Assembly: GCA_027319905.1 (NCBI GenBank) | Contig: DAHVMJ010000004.1 | Span: 1-63,501, forward strand | DNA from: Candidatus Micrarchaeota archaeon | GTDB lineage: Archaea > Micrarchaeota > Micrarchaeia > Micrarchaeales > CABMGC01 | Length of the DNA stretch: 63,501 nt | Direction: 5' to 3' | Shown here: one piece after another, positions 10,173 to 19,910 of the stretch | Layout: the number at the start of each line of letters is the position of its first letter | Position numbering within the stretch: the stretch's first letter is position 1 | Notes under the pieces: model-generated | What the model saw: only the letters and a program-made list of their open reading frames with translations | The model's database searches: none | What the model was told of the DNA's origin: nothing | Program-made: the position numbers and the translations under genes

Positions 10173-11015
10173 ATGACGATGATCAAGGCACAAAAGGTCG
10201 AGTACGTAAAGAAACTGCAGAAGGAGATAGCGAGCTACAAGACCGCTGCGATAATGCCGATCGACGGAGTGCCGGACAGGCTTCTGCAGAAGGTCAGGAA
10301 CGAGCTCAAGCCGGATTCGCACATGATAATAGCCAGGAGATCGTTGCTTTCGAGGGCTGTCGGAGAGGAGAAGCTCAAGCACCTTGGCAAGAGCATGGAG
10401 AGGAACTTTGCGCTCGTGCTCTCGAACAAGGAACCGTTCGAGCTCTACAAGGTGGTACACTCCAGCAGGCTCAGGCTAGGGGCAAAGCCGAACCAGATAG
10501 CGCCGGAGGACATTCGCATAGAGGCGGGAGACACCAACGTTGCTCCAGGGCAGACGGTGACGGAGCTGAAGAGCGCAGGAGTAGACGTGCAGATACAGAA
10601 GGGCAAGGTTGTCATATCCAAGGGCAAGGTGCTTGTAGAGAAAGGCAAGAAGATAAGCGGCGCTGTTGCAAACGCGCTCAAGATACTAGACATAAAACCT
10701 TTCGAGATCTCGCCGAGGCTGAGCGCGGCGCTGTCGGAGAGCCTGCTCTACAGCGATGCGGCGCTCGGCGTAGATGAGGACTTCGTCAGAGACGAGCTGC
10801 TCAGGGATTTCTCCCAGGCATACGCGGTGAGCCTTGAGGCGGGCATAGTCACGCAGTACAATGCAAACGTGTTCGTAGTTCGTGCATACAGAAGCGCGAT
10901 TGCCCTCGGGCTTGAGGCCAAGGTGCCGGAGGACGAGATTGTAAAAATGCTTGTGGCGAACGCCGCAGTGCAGGCGGGCGAACTCGCCAGCAAGACTGGT
11001 GTTGATACTAAGTAG
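10173..11015 (+). CDS. rplP0: 50S ribosomal protein P0 (uL10)
   Basis: Follows L1 with an overlapping stop. KVEYVKKL...[13 protein letters not shown] pattern of archaeal P0. ATG at 10173 or 10179. Confidence 0.85.
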   Translation: MTMIKAQKVEYVKKLQKEIASYKTAAIMPIDGVPDRLLQKVRNELKPDSHMIIARRSLLSRAVGEEKLKHLGKSMERNFALVLSNKEPFELYKVVHSSRLRLGAKPNQIAPEDIRIEAGDTNVAPGQTVTELKSAGVDVQIQKGKVVISKGKVLVEKGKKISGAVANALKILDIKPFEISPRLSAALSESLLYSDAALGVDEDFVRDELLRDFSQAYAVSLEAGIVTQYNANVFVVRAYRSAIALGLEAKVPEDEIVKMLVANAAVQAGELASKTGVDTK

Positions 11016-11023
11016 GTGAAAAA

Positions 11024-11329
11024 ATGGAGTACATATACGCTGCCCTATTGCTCGACGCAGCCGGAAAGGAAGTCACGGAAGACAGCATAAAGAGTGTTGT
11101 CAAGGCTGCGGGCAAGGAGCCCGATGAGGCAATGGCGAAGTCTGTGGTGAGCGCTCTGAAAGGAGTGAACATAAAGGACGTGATAAAGAACGCACAGACC
11201 ATGCAGGCGGCTGCACCAGCGGCAGCTGCGCCGGCGCAGGCTTCGAAAGCCAAGGAAGAGAAGAGCGAGGCAGAGGAGAAGAAGAGCGAAGAGGAGGCCG
11301 CAAGCGGACTCGCGAGTCTATTCGGCTGA
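11024..11329 (+). CDS. rpl12: 50S ribosomal stalk protein P1 (aL12)
   Basis: [10 protein letters not shown] start, Ala/Glu/Lys-rich hinge, C-terminal GLASLFG. Confidence 0.9.
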   Translation: MEYIYAALLLDAAGKEVTEDSIKSVVKAAGKEPDEAMAKSVVSALKGVNIKDVIKNAQTMQAAAPAAAAPAQASKAKEEKSEAEEKKSEEEAASGLASLFG

Positions 11330-11464
11330 AACAATGAGCTATGGTGCCAGCAGCTCAGCGCGTGACGCCTAGCGCACGCTGGGACTAAAACGTGACAGAT
11401 AGATGCTGCCCGGAAAAAAAGTATAAAAACATTTTCATGCACAACTGAGGTATAGCTGGTTTGG

Positions 11465-11839
11465 ATGGATGTTTACGTAGAGAAGGAGCACTGCACCGGT
11501 TGCCAGCACTGCAAGGATGTTTGCCCAGTAGCTGTTTTTGAGATGAAAGGGAGAGGCACGCCGGACAACCCAGGCGCCGAAGGGGCAAACGCTGATAGCG
11601 CGCCGCCAGAGCACCAGTGGAAGGGGCAGTCCAACCCAGAAAATGTCCAGAAGTGGAGCAGTGTACAAGACGGGCACAGGCACTTCGCCCAGGATAACAA
11701 CGGCACGAGCGGGGGTCTGTCAGTGGCTGTAAACGGCTCGGCCTGCATACTATGCCAGGCCTGCCTGATAGAGTGCGAGGGCGAGGACATAGTCATAACC
11801 GACGACAGCGGCAACGTCTACAGGTCGATATACAAGTAG
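11465..11839 (+). CDS. 4Fe-4S dicluster ferredoxin-like protein with a long inter-motif insertion
   Basis: CTGCQHCKDVCP and CILCQACLIEC cluster motifs separated by about 60 low-complexity residues. Confidence 0.55.
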   Translation: MDVYVEKEHCTGCQHCKDVCPVAVFEMKGRGTPDNPGAEGANADSAPPEHQWKGQSNPENVQKWSSVQDGHRHFAQDNNGTSGGLSVAVNGSACILCQACLIECEGEDIVITDDSGNVYRSIYK

Positions 11840-11845
11840 CTCAGC

Positions 11846-12610
11846 CTAGTGAAAGGTTGCTGTAAGTGTGCCGGGACCCACGGCGTTGGCCGTGGCGGAT
11901 TGGGTGCTGCCCGAAAGCATGACGTTGGCACTTGCGGTCCATGAGTAGAATGTATTTGATGAAGGGGGAAGCGCGTATACGGAGTAGGTGGAGCCGAGAA
12001 CGAACACAACATTGGCGCCATTCGCATACTGCACTCCGTTAAGCGCTATGTGGCCGTTTGTCGGGCTGGTGAGCAGTTGCACCGTATAGACAAACGATTT
12101 GTAAGGCGAAACCACAGCCACAGCCGTGCCGCTTGTGTTGTACACCTGCGCGGTGCACTTCGAGGTGCAGATCTGATAGCTAAGTGTAAACTTGGGATTT
12201 ACCTGCGTGCCTGCAGAAATCGAGTAGCCTGGCAGCGTGGCGTTGCACGTAATTGAAGAGCCGACGAGGGCGTTTTGCGGGATGCACCTTCCCTTGTAGG
12301 TGGTGTTGGTGTAGAAAGATGGTACAAAGAGGAGTGAGTTGGGCGGGAAATAGAGGGTTGTACCGACGTTGTTCTGAAATATCAACATAAAGTTTGTGGC
12401 CGTGGAGTTGGTGAGCAAAAGTGCCTGGGAACAGGGGAATGAAGGCGAGATGTAACACGACTGGGGGAGGTACGTGGGAGTGCTTTTCGAAGGAAGAGAG
12501 ACCACAGAAAGTATCGCCACAACAAACAGGCCCAGTACGAGGAAAGCCCATGAATATGTGGTAAGGAACTCAACCGCAGATTGCGCCTTTGCCATGGCTA
12601 TACCTTTCAT
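11846..12610 (-). CDS. class-III signal peptide (archaeal type IV pilin-like) secreted protein
   Basis: MKGIAMAKAQSAVEFLTTYSWAFLVLGLFVV has a prepilin-like N-terminus. Start is at 12610 or 12595. The upstream part of the 284-aa ORF overlaps the trm5 3' end. Many N-x-S/T sequons. Confidence 0.5.
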   Translation of the reverse strand: MKGIAMAKAQSAVEFLTTYSWAFLVLGLFVVAILSVVSLPSKSTPTYLPQSCYISPSFPCSQALLLTNSTATNFMLIFQNNVGTTLYFPPNSLLFVPSFYTNTTYKGRCIPQNALVGSSITCNATLPGYSISAGTQVNPKFTLSYQICTSKCTAQVYNTSGTAVAVVSPYKSFVYTVQLLTSPTNGHIALNGVQYANGANVVFVLGSTYSVYALPPSSNTFYSWTASANVMLSGSTQSATANAVGPGTLTATFH

Positions 12611-12629
12611 AAATAGGCTTATAGGTTTT

Positions 12630-13406
12630 TCAATTGACCAAGAGGTCCACCACGAGCTCGATCTCTGTGGCCGAGTAGGGTCTAACCATCCTGTGCCCAA
12701 GCACTCTCGCCTTCCTGCCCTTCCTAGAGAAGAAACCAGTTAGTCTCCTCATCGCCGAGCGCTGCTCGCCTTCCTTGCAGAAGGTATAGTAGTGTATTAC
12801 GCATCCGCGCGAGCACATTTCAAATGCAGATTCTAGGAACTTTGACGAGCCTTTGGGCAGAGGCATCACTATCCTATCTGCAAAACGCGAGTACTTCTTG
12901 GCGAAGGCGTCAACGTTTCCTTGCTCCAAAACGACGTTAGGAGTTTTGTTGAGCCTGGCGTTTTCTCTGGCGTACCTGCACGCTGCTGAGTTCAGCTCTA
13001 TCGCCACAACCGCACTCTTCTTGTGAGTCTTTGCTATCTCGATGGCATAAGGCCCCACGCCTGAAAACATCACGACCACGTGTTCGCCATCCTTCGCCAT
13101 CTCACTAACGCGCTTGCGCTCGTACGCCAGCCTGGTGGAGAAGAAGGTCTTGCGTATGTCAAACCTGAAGACGCAGCCGTTCTCTCTGTAGGTTGCAAGG
13201 TAGTTCCTCCTGCCTGCAACATACACGAATCTTCTCGTTCTGTAAAGGCCCTTGACCGCGCCTCCCTTCCTCAGCACCGTCTCTATGTTCTTGTTCTCCA
13301 GCAGCAATTTCTCTGCCAGCGCTTTCGCCGTGTTCGGGACCGCATCTATGACGACAATGTTCCCATACAGGTCGTATCCGCGCGCTGATCTGGCTGTAAC
13401 CTTCAT
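12630..13406 (-). CDS. trm5: tRNA (guanine37-N1)-methyltransferase Trm5 / Met-10+ family
   Basis: YDLYGNIVVI, FRFDIRKTFFSTRLAYER, VVVMFSGVGPYAI and RIVMPLP blocks typical of Trm5/Taw22. Confidence 0.65.
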   Translation of the reverse strand: MKVTARSARGYDLYGNIVVIDAVPNTAKALAEKLLLENKNIETVLRKGGAVKGLYRTRRFVYVAGRRNYLATYRENGCVFRFDIRKTFFSTRLAYERKRVSEMAKDGEHVVVMFSGVGPYAIEIAKTHKKSAVVAIELNSAACRYARENARLNKTPNVVLEQGNVDAFAKKYSRFADRIVMPLPKGSSKFLESAFEMCSRGCVIHYYTFCKEGEQRSAMRRLTGFFSRKGRKARVLGHRMVRPYSATEIELVVDLLVN

Positions 13407-13522
13407 ACCGACTCACTTCATGGGCAACCTATATAAATTGTTGGCTACTTAATACCATATAATTGCTCTCGAGCAAGCCTTTTTTCAAGATGTTGTAGGC
13501 TTTAGCAGAGCAGAGTGATGCA

Positions 13523-13969
13523 GTGTATTTCATAGTAAGAGTAACGTCGAGCCAGGAACGCATAACAGCAGACATACTCCAGAACAAGATAGAGAAGAGC
13601 ACCATACCCGTGTACGCGATAATACTAGCGGAGGGCATGCGCGGCTACCTCATACTTGAGGCGCAGGACGAGAACGCTGCGAGAGAACTGATACTCGACG
13701 AACCGCACGTTAAGGGCATACTGCCGAAGCCGCTGAGCGAAGACGACCTGAACCGCATGCTTGAGGTAAAGAAGGTCGTGCAGGAGATAAACACGAACGA
13801 CATAATCGAGTTCATGAGCGGCCCCTTCAAGGGATACAAGGCGAAGGTGATCAAGGTTGAGACGGCAAAGGAAGAGATAACCGTCGAGCTAATGGATGTT
13901 GCGGTACCTATACCGGTTACTACTAAAGCCAGCATCGCAAGAGTGGTGCAGAAGGCTGAGAAGGTGTAA
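13523..13969 (+). CDS. spt5: transcription elongation factor Spt5 (NusG)
   Basis: NGN domain (YFIVRVTSSQE...GYLILEA) plus C-terminal KOW (GPFKGYKAKVIKV). Directly precedes L11. Confidence 0.8.
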   Translation: MYFIVRVTSSQERITADILQNKIEKSTIPVYAIILAEGMRGYLILEAQDENAARELILDEPHVKGILPKPLSEDDLNRMLEVKKVVQEINTNDIIEFMSGPFKGYKAKVIKVETAKEEITVELMDVAVPIPVTTKASIARVVQKAEKV

Positions 13970-13971
13970 GC

Positions 13972-14439
13972 ATGGCAGAAGTGACGATAAGCGGATTGAT
14001 AGAAGGCGGCAAGGCAACGAGCGGACCGCCGTTCGGACCTGCATTGGGCCCGCTGGGGGTCAATGTGGCAAAGATAATAGAAGATATAAACAAGCAGACC
14101 GGCGCGTATTCAGGAATAAAGGTCCCGGTAAAGATAATGATCGATCCTGCCACGAAGAACTACAGGGTGGAGGTGGGCTCGCCTCCGAGCAGTGCGTTGA
14201 TACTCAAAGAACTTGGCATACAGAAGGGAGCAAAGACCAAGGAAGAGACCGTGGGCAACGCCACCATAGAGCAGCTTAAGAAGGTGGCAAAGGCGAAGGA
14301 GAAGAGCCTGTACGGCGAATCGCTGAAGGAGAAGGTAATGCAGCTCGCTGGCACATGCAAGAGCATGGGCATAACGGTCGAGGGCATGCCCGCAAGAGAG
14401 GCAATAGCAAAGATCGGGAGCGGAGAACTCAAGGTCTGA
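13972..14439 (+). CDS. rpl11: 50S ribosomal protein L11 (uL11)
   Basis: GGKATSGPPFGPALGPLGVN signature. 155 aa. Confidence 0.9.
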   Translation: MAEVTISGLIEGGKATSGPPFGPALGPLGVNVAKIIEDINKQTGAYSGIKVPVKIMIDPATKNYRVEVGSPPSSALILKELGIQKGAKTKEETVGNATIEQLKKVAKAKEKSLYGESLKEKVMQLAGTCKSMGITVEGMPAREAIAKIGSGELKV

Positions 14440-14923
14440 TTCTGTCTCTGGCAATCTTCCATGAACCCTTGAACCACGGAGCTGCCTTATCTGAATTTGC
14501 TATCTGGTCGACTCTGCGTATTGAATAAAAACTGGCGTAATCGGCCTCGCTCGGATCCAGGGTTATCTTGTCGTCGCTCTTTGCGTAGAAGACAGCCACG
14601 ATTTCGTTCTCGGGGTAATCAAAATGGGTGAACTTGCCGAGATAGCGAACTGGTGCCGTCACTCCCGTCTCCTCCTCCAATTCGCGTTCTGCAGCCTGCT
14701 TATAGGTCTCCCCGAACGTCACGTGAAACGAGGCCGAGCATTCATAGCAGTTCGGAAATGTCTTCTTCTTCTCATTGCGCCACGGAACCAGAATCTTGCC
14801 GTCGCTCCTCACCAGAAACACCACGCCGGAACGGTGCAGGACGCCCTTCTCATGCGCGTTGTCCCTTTCAATGCTGCCCAGAATCCTATCTCTTTTATCA
14901 ACCTTGTACAATAGCTCCGTCAA
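14429..14923 (-). CDS. Nudix hydrolase, IDI-like
   Basis: Nudix box GETYKQAAERELEEETGV. The N-terminal region (RILGSIERDNAHEKGVLHRSGVVFL) parallels the type-1 IPP isomerase layout. Overlaps the IPK stop by 4 nt. Confidence 0.6.
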   Translation of the reverse strand: MTELLYKVDKRDRILGSIERDNAHEKGVLHRSGVVFLVRSDGKILVPWRNEKKKTFPNCYECSASFHVTFGETYKQAAERELEEETGVTAPVRYLGKFTHFDYPENEIVAVFYAKSDDKITLDPSEADYASFYSIRRVDQIANSDKAAPWFKGSWKIARDRIRP

Positions 14924-15720
14924 GGCAACACTTTTGTACCGACAACCGCCTTGCCAAGCAGAAGGTTCTGCAGCACGCCTTTCTTGCTTCCGTTTATTAT
15001 GTAGCCAGTAGCTCTGCTCTTTTTCACGAGATTGAACAGAAGGAGCAGTTTGGTGTGCATACCTCCAGTAACATCCACTTTCTTTGAGCCCTTGGCGTAA
15101 GCAAGAAGCCGCCTTATGCTCCTTGCGTCCACTTTCTTAATCAGTACGGCGTCGCTGTATATCTTGGGATCTTTATCCAGCAGGCCGTCGACATCGGTAG
15201 CAAGCACTATTTTACGAGGATGGAGCTTCGATGATATGAATGTGAATACTTCCTCCGTTGACGCTATGCCGACTCCCTGCTCTTTATCCGTAACAACGTC
15301 TCCGTATACCACAGGAACAAACCCGTTTTCAAGTGCGAGTCTGAGAGGCCCGAGGTTCCACGACACTATCCTTCCCTTCTTTGCAATCGCGCTCCCCGAA
15401 GGAGGGAACGAAACCGCATTTATGCCCTGCTTCAGCATTCGCTGAACCACTATCCTGTTCAGATTGGCGGCGGCATCTTGGGTTATGCTCGCACCCAACC
15501 TACTGTCCTTGTTGATTATGCCTAGGTGGGTTTTGTACTTGTGCGCTGGCACGTGTGCGAATGACCCGCTGCCGTGACCCACGACCAGCGTGCTGTCCTT
15601 TGGAAGTTTTTTCAACTCTCCTATTATGCGATCGATCGCCTGCACGTTCGGTGAGTTCTGCTTTTCAGTATGCGTTATTATGCTTCCGCCAATTTTTACC
15701 AGAAAGAGGTTCTTCGGCAT
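14920..15720 (-). CDS. isopentenyl phosphate kinase (amino-acid kinase fold)
   Basis: LVKIGGSIIT and VGHGSGSFAH motifs. 266 aa. Sits in a mevalonate-pathway neighbourhood. Confidence 0.7.
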   Translation of the reverse strand: MPKNLFLVKIGGSIITHTEKQNSPNVQAIDRIIGELKKLPKDSTLVVGHGSGSFAHVPAHKYKTHLGIINKDSRLGASITQDAAANLNRIVVQRMLKQGINAVSFPPSGSAIAKKGRIVSWNLGPLRLALENGFVPVVYGDVVTDKEQGVGIASTEEVFTFISSKLHPRKIVLATDVDGLLDKDPKIYSDAVLIKKVDARSIRRLLAYAKGSKKVDVTGGMHTKLLLLFNLVKKSRATGYIINGSKKGVLQNLLLGKAVVGTKVLP

Positions 15721-15730
15721 TGATATCAGG

Positions 15731-15940
15731 TCAAGCTTCCTCGTATCCCTTCCTTAGCCCGCGTCTCACTTCGTTGTATATCTTCCCGCTGGGCACGCCC
15801 TTCGCGCTCTCCCCGAGTTCTGGTTTCCCCATCCCCGCGATCCTGGCCAGGTCGGCAAGTGCGTGACCCATTTCCCGCCCTATCTCGCCTGCCGCCTTCA
15901 GATCCGCCTTGGTCATCCTAGGCATAGAAATCAATAGCAA
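15731..15940 (-). CDS. hypothetical small protein upstream of IPK
   Basis: 69-aa ORF (internal ATGs at 15925 and 15916), 10 nt upstream of the IPK start on the same strand. Confidence 0.3.
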   Translation of the reverse strand: MLLISMPRMTKADLKAAGEIGREMGHALADLARIAGMGKPELGESAKGVPSGKIYNEVRRGLRKGYEEA

Positions 15941-16048
15941 TTGTATTTCAGCCTATTTAAATATTTTTGTTTGGGTAGAACGTTCGTCGAAGAACAAAGT
16001 GCCAACAACGCTTATAAATGAAAACTGAGATACAAACCTTGTGTTTGT

Positions 16049-17098
16049 GTGTTAGACAAGGTAGTGACAGCGGTGGGCACACCGAACATAGCCCTTGTAA
16101 AGTACTGGGGAAAACGTGACGATGAGCTTACGCTACCAATCAACGGATCCGTCAGCATGACGCTCGGAAGGAGCAGAAAGGGCGAGTTTGCCACGGTAAC
16201 AAGCGTTGTCTTTTCGAAAAAGTTCAGGAAAGACACGATATACGTAGACGGGATAAAGAGAGATATAACGGACAAAAGAGTAAACGTGGTCGTGAACAAG
16301 CTTCGTGCCCTGGCCAAAACGAGCGCCAGAGTACTGATTGTGTCGAAAAACATGTTCCCTGCAGATGCGGGAGTGGCGTCGAGCGCTTCGGGGCTATCAA
16401 CTTTGACATTTGCAGCGGCGAAGGCTCTGGATCTTAATCTTTCAGACAAGGAGCTGTCCATGATCGCGAGGCTGGGAAGCGGCAGTGCGTCCAGAAGCAT
16501 GTACGGGGGCTTTGTGGTGTGGCACAGAGGCAAGAGAAAAGACGGCATGGACTCTTATGCTGAGCAGATCATGCCGTTCTCCCACTGGCCTGACATGGTG
16601 GACATAATTGCGTTGACCGATACCGGTAAGAAAGAGGTCTCGACCTCTGAAGCGATGGGAAGAAGCGCAAAGACGAGTAGGCTTTATGCGCACAGGGCCA
16701 AGAGCGCGGAGCGCAATGTGTCCGATATCACCAAGGCGATAAGGGACAAGGATTTTGAGACGCTTGGAAGGATAGCGATGCAGGACAGCAACAACATGCA
16801 CGCTGTGATGCTTGATACCATGCCTCCAGTAACGTACCTGAACGACGTCTCGAAGAGAATAATGAAGAGCATACACGCGCTTAACGAGAGAGAGGGGCAC
16901 GTGGTTGCAGCCTACACTTTCGATGCGGGGCCAAACGCGCACATAATAACCACAAAGAAAAAAGAGGAGACGGTGATGCGGGAGCTCTCAAAAATAAAGG
17001 GCATAGTGAGCGTTAACAGCCTCGGCATCGCGAAGAACGGCCCTGTGCTGGAGAGCTCGTCGCTTATAGACGGGAGAACGCTGGAAAAGAAGAGATAA
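16049..17098 (+). CDS. mevalonate (di)phosphate decarboxylase family (GHMP kinase fold)
   Basis: PNIALVKYWGKRD and GSGSASRS motifs. GTG start. Substrate (MVAPP, MVAP or other) cannot be read from the sequence. Confidence 0.8.
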   Translation: MLDKVVTAVGTPNIALVKYWGKRDDELTLPINGSVSMTLGRSRKGEFATVTSVVFSKKFRKDTIYVDGIKRDITDKRVNVVVNKLRALAKTSARVLIVSKNMFPADAGVASSASGLSTLTFAAAKALDLNLSDKELSMIARLGSGSASRSMYGGFVVWHRGKRKDGMDSYAEQIMPFSHWPDMVDIIALTDTGKKEVSTSEAMGRSAKTSRLYAHRAKSAERNVSDITKAIRDKDFETLGRIAMQDSNNMHAVMLDTMPPVTYLNDVSKRIMKSIHALNEREGHVVAAYTFDAGPNAHIITTKKKEETVMRELSKIKGIVSVNSLGIAKNGPVLESSSLIDGRTLEKKR

Positions 17099-17100
17099 GA

Positions 17101-17637
17101 TCAACTCTTGTAGTTGAGAATCACCTTATCTATGGCGATCCTCAGCCAGGGGGTAAAGCTTCCTGGGTTTTCCTGTATCTCCTTTTTGAGCTTCGGGAGG
17201 GAGACCCATCTGTAAGCCATAGCCTCCTCCTTGTTCAGGCTGGGCTCGCCATCGTATCTGCCGAATATGACGTGGTCATACTCGTGCTCAGTGAGCCCGT
17301 TACCGACGTCGGCTTTGTAGACGAACGAGAACGCCTCGTTCATCTCGCAGTCAAACCCCATCTCGTCCTTTAGCCTCCTGTGCGCAGCTTCCAGCACACC
17401 CTCTTTGGGATACGGATGGCTGCAGCACGCATTGGTCCACTTGCCAGGAGTGTGGTACTTACCCATCGCCCGCTGCTGCAGCATGGTTTCGCCCCTGCTG
17501 TTGAACACAAATACCGAGAAAGCGCGGTGCAACTTTGCGCCGTTCTGATGGGCCGCGAGCTTGTTCTCAAGGCCTATCTGCCTGTCGTTTTCGTCGACAA
17601 GTACTACCTGCTGCTCGTCGTTCTTGCTCATTGGCAT
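17101..17637 (-). CDS. idi: isopentenyl-diphosphate delta-isomerase, type 1 (Nudix fold)
   Basis: LHRAFSVFVFN, WTNACCSHP and EHEYDHV motifs of IDI-1. Confidence 0.8.
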   Translation of the reverse strand: MPMSKNDEQQVVLVDENDRQIGLENKLAAHQNGAKLHRAFSVFVFNSRGETMLQQRAMGKYHTPGKWTNACCSHPYPKEGVLEAAHRRLKDEMGFDCEMNEAFSFVYKADVGNGLTEHEYDHVIFGRYDGEPSLNKEEAMAYRWVSLPKLKKEIQENPGSFTPWLRIAIDKVILNYKS

Positions 17638-17835
17638 CAGACTTTTTCCCCCCCTGTACGCTTCCCTTTCTCAGCTCCAATATTTATAAATTTCGCATGG
17701 GTGCGTGACGGAAAAGGCGAAATTTCACGATTGACGAAGTTGGCACTATGCTTTAAATAGGGGTAAAATTACATACTGGTAAAGACACGGAAAGAACCTT
17801 GGGCATACGAGCTCTCTCTGCCCGAAGGAGATTGG

Positions 17836-18855
17836 ATGAACTTCAAAGAGTACATAGAGATTCACAGACCCAGCATCTATGCGAAGATCTGCGAGTACGT
17901 TCCCATGGCTGAGCCGAAGGCGCATCATCAGATAATGCGAGACTACATAGACAGGCAGGGCGCCTACAGGAGACCCGGCCTCGTGATGCTTACGGGCGAG
18001 CTCTTCGGTGCAAAACCAGAAGACCTTGTTGTTCCTGCGGCAGCAGAGCAGCTGTCAGAAGACTGGATACTTATGCAGGATGACGTCGAGGACGACTCTG
18101 AGCTGAGAAGGGGCAAGCCAGCGATACAGAGGATATACGGCTGGGTTCACTCGTTCAATGCAAGCAACACGGGCCAGATGGCGATGTGGCGCATGCTCAA
18201 GGACTACATGGTAAAGTACCCCGAGAAGGGCAACAGGCTCTTCGAGAAGTTCTACCACATGCTCGAGTACACGGTGGAGGGGCAGTACGTGGAGAACCAG
18301 TTCATACACCACACCAAGGACCTCAACCAGGCGTCTGAGGCGCTCTACTACAGGATACTTGACAGCAAGACCTGCTACTACACCGTCTACGGACCCATGC
18401 AGTTGGGAGCGATAGCGGCTGGCCAGAAGGGAGAGACGCTTGAGGTGCTGAAAGAGATAGGACAGCCGGCGGGCGTCGCCTTCCAGATTGTAGACGACAT
18501 ACTTGACATGACAGGCGACGAGAAGCTCTTTGGCAAAAAGAACTTCGGCGATCTCTACGAGGGCAAGCTCACGCTCATGGTACTGCACGCGTTCGAGAGC
18601 GCAACCCCTGAAGAGAAGGCGAAGATGAATGCCATATACGCGAAGAAGAGGCAGGACAAGACCAAGGAGGAGATAGATTTCCTGAGGGAGCTGATAGATA
18701 AGTACGACGGTCTTGGCTACGCGAGGAGAACCGCCGAGGTGTATGGCAACAAGGCCAAGGCCGCCGTTGAGAAACACAAGGACAAGTTTCCGTTGAATGG
18801 GTTCACGCCGCTGGTAATGTCGGCAATGGAAGAACTTTACATAAGGAAGAAATAA
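17836..18855 (+). CDS. polyprenyl (geranylgeranyl) diphosphate synthase
   Basis: First and second Asp-rich motifs LMQDDVEDD and FQIVDDILD. Confidence 0.8.
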   Translation: MNFKEYIEIHRPSIYAKICEYVPMAEPKAHHQIMRDYIDRQGAYRRPGLVMLTGELFGAKPEDLVVPAAAEQLSEDWILMQDDVEDDSELRRGKPAIQRIYGWVHSFNASNTGQMAMWRMLKDYMVKYPEKGNRLFEKFYHMLEYTVEGQYVENQFIHHTKDLNQASEALYYRILDSKTCYYTVYGPMQLGAIAAGQKGETLEVLKEIGQPAGVAFQIVDDILDMTGDEKLFGKKNFGDLYEGKLTLMVLHAFESATPEEKAKMNAIYAKKRQDKTKEEIDFLRELIDKYDGLGYARRTAEVYGNKAKAAVEKHKDKFPLNGFTPLVMSAMEELYIRKK

Positions 18856-18874
18856 GTTTCAAAGCGCGCGCGAT

Positions 18875-19090
18875 CTATAGGCCTTCTCCTATATCGGCTT
18901 CTACTCTGATGAGTTTGCGCTTTACGTTCGATAGGGCGCTGCGTATCTGCTTGATGCGACCCGGTTCGTTATAGTACAGTCTTGAAGATGCGGGCGTGTG
19001 GCCTCGCAATTCATCGCTAAGGTCAACTATATTGCGGGCCCTCTGGGTCGTGGGTTCCGCCTTCTCAATCGGCTCTGCAACAACGGACAT
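18875..19090 (-). CDS. hypothetical small protein
   Basis: 71-aa ORF with no motif. Confidence 0.3.
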   Translation of the reverse strand: MSVVAEPIEKAEPTTQRARNIVDLSDELRGHTPASSRLYYNEPGRIKQIRSALSNVKRKLIRVEADIGEGL

Positions 19091-19304
19091 GATTTCACGG
19101 ACGTGATTAATTTTCAGCTTATTTAAAGGCGAGCTTTAGCTTCGCTGATGGTCGAAAAGTGCCAAACAGCAACGCGCTTTCCCGCACGAAGTGCAGTATT
19201 TCGCGTCGTGAGCGGTCTTAACTTCGAAGTTCGGAATGGGTTTCGGTGTTACCCCGCTCCTATGGCCGTTTGACATATCTATTGTGCCAAGAAGGTTAAA
19301 AATG

Positions 19305-19895
19305 CTATTGTTGCGGTTCTTCGGAGCTGTGTTTCGATTCTACCTTGTAAGTGCCGCGCTCTGTCTTTCTGAGTATCCCGTTCTTTCTCATCTCATCGAA
19401 AACCAGCCAGGTATGTCCTTCTGTAAGCTCCAGCCCGATTTCTAGTTCGCATAACAGGTCGTCTTCTGTGGCCTCTCCGGTTGCGTGCTTACTTGCCAGC
19501 GACTCTGCGATCCCGCGGCCTTTTTCCACCCAATAATCGGCATCAGGTCTCTGGTTCTCCATCCTCGCCCTGAACCCCGGCTCCGCTCTCATCAAGGCTT
19601 CGATACTTGGAAGCTCGATGACAAAGTCGTCCCTGGGAGCCGGCACCACGCGACGCCTGCGGCCATCAGGGCAGTCTATGTAGACCTGATCCTGCACTCC
19701 GGATTGGCCTCCTGATGCGCTTGACGACTGGTTTTTTTCCAAGTCTTTCAGCCGCGCGTGGGCCGCAGCCGCGGCCTCTGTTTCGTTTTTGTACGTACCT
19801 GGCAGCGGATACCATTCAGAAGAGAACGCGTCGTAGCCTTTCAGCACATATTCCTTCTTTTTGGCTTTTGTTCCGCTTATCTTTTTGCTCTCCAT
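19305..19895 (-). CDS. hypothetical protein
   Basis: 196-aa ORF with no motif recognised. Confidence 0.4.
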   Translation of the reverse strand: MESKKISGTKAKKKEYVLKGYDAFSSEWYPLPGTYKNETEAAAAAHARLKDLEKNQSSSASGGQSGVQDQVYIDCPDGRRRRVVPAPRDDFVIELPSIEALMRAEPGFRARMENQRPDADYWVEKGRGIAESLASKHATGEATEDDLLCELEIGLELTEGHTWLVFDEMRKNGILRKTERGTYKVESKHSSEEPQQ

Positions 19896-19910
19896 CTCAT
19901 TCGCCTCTTG

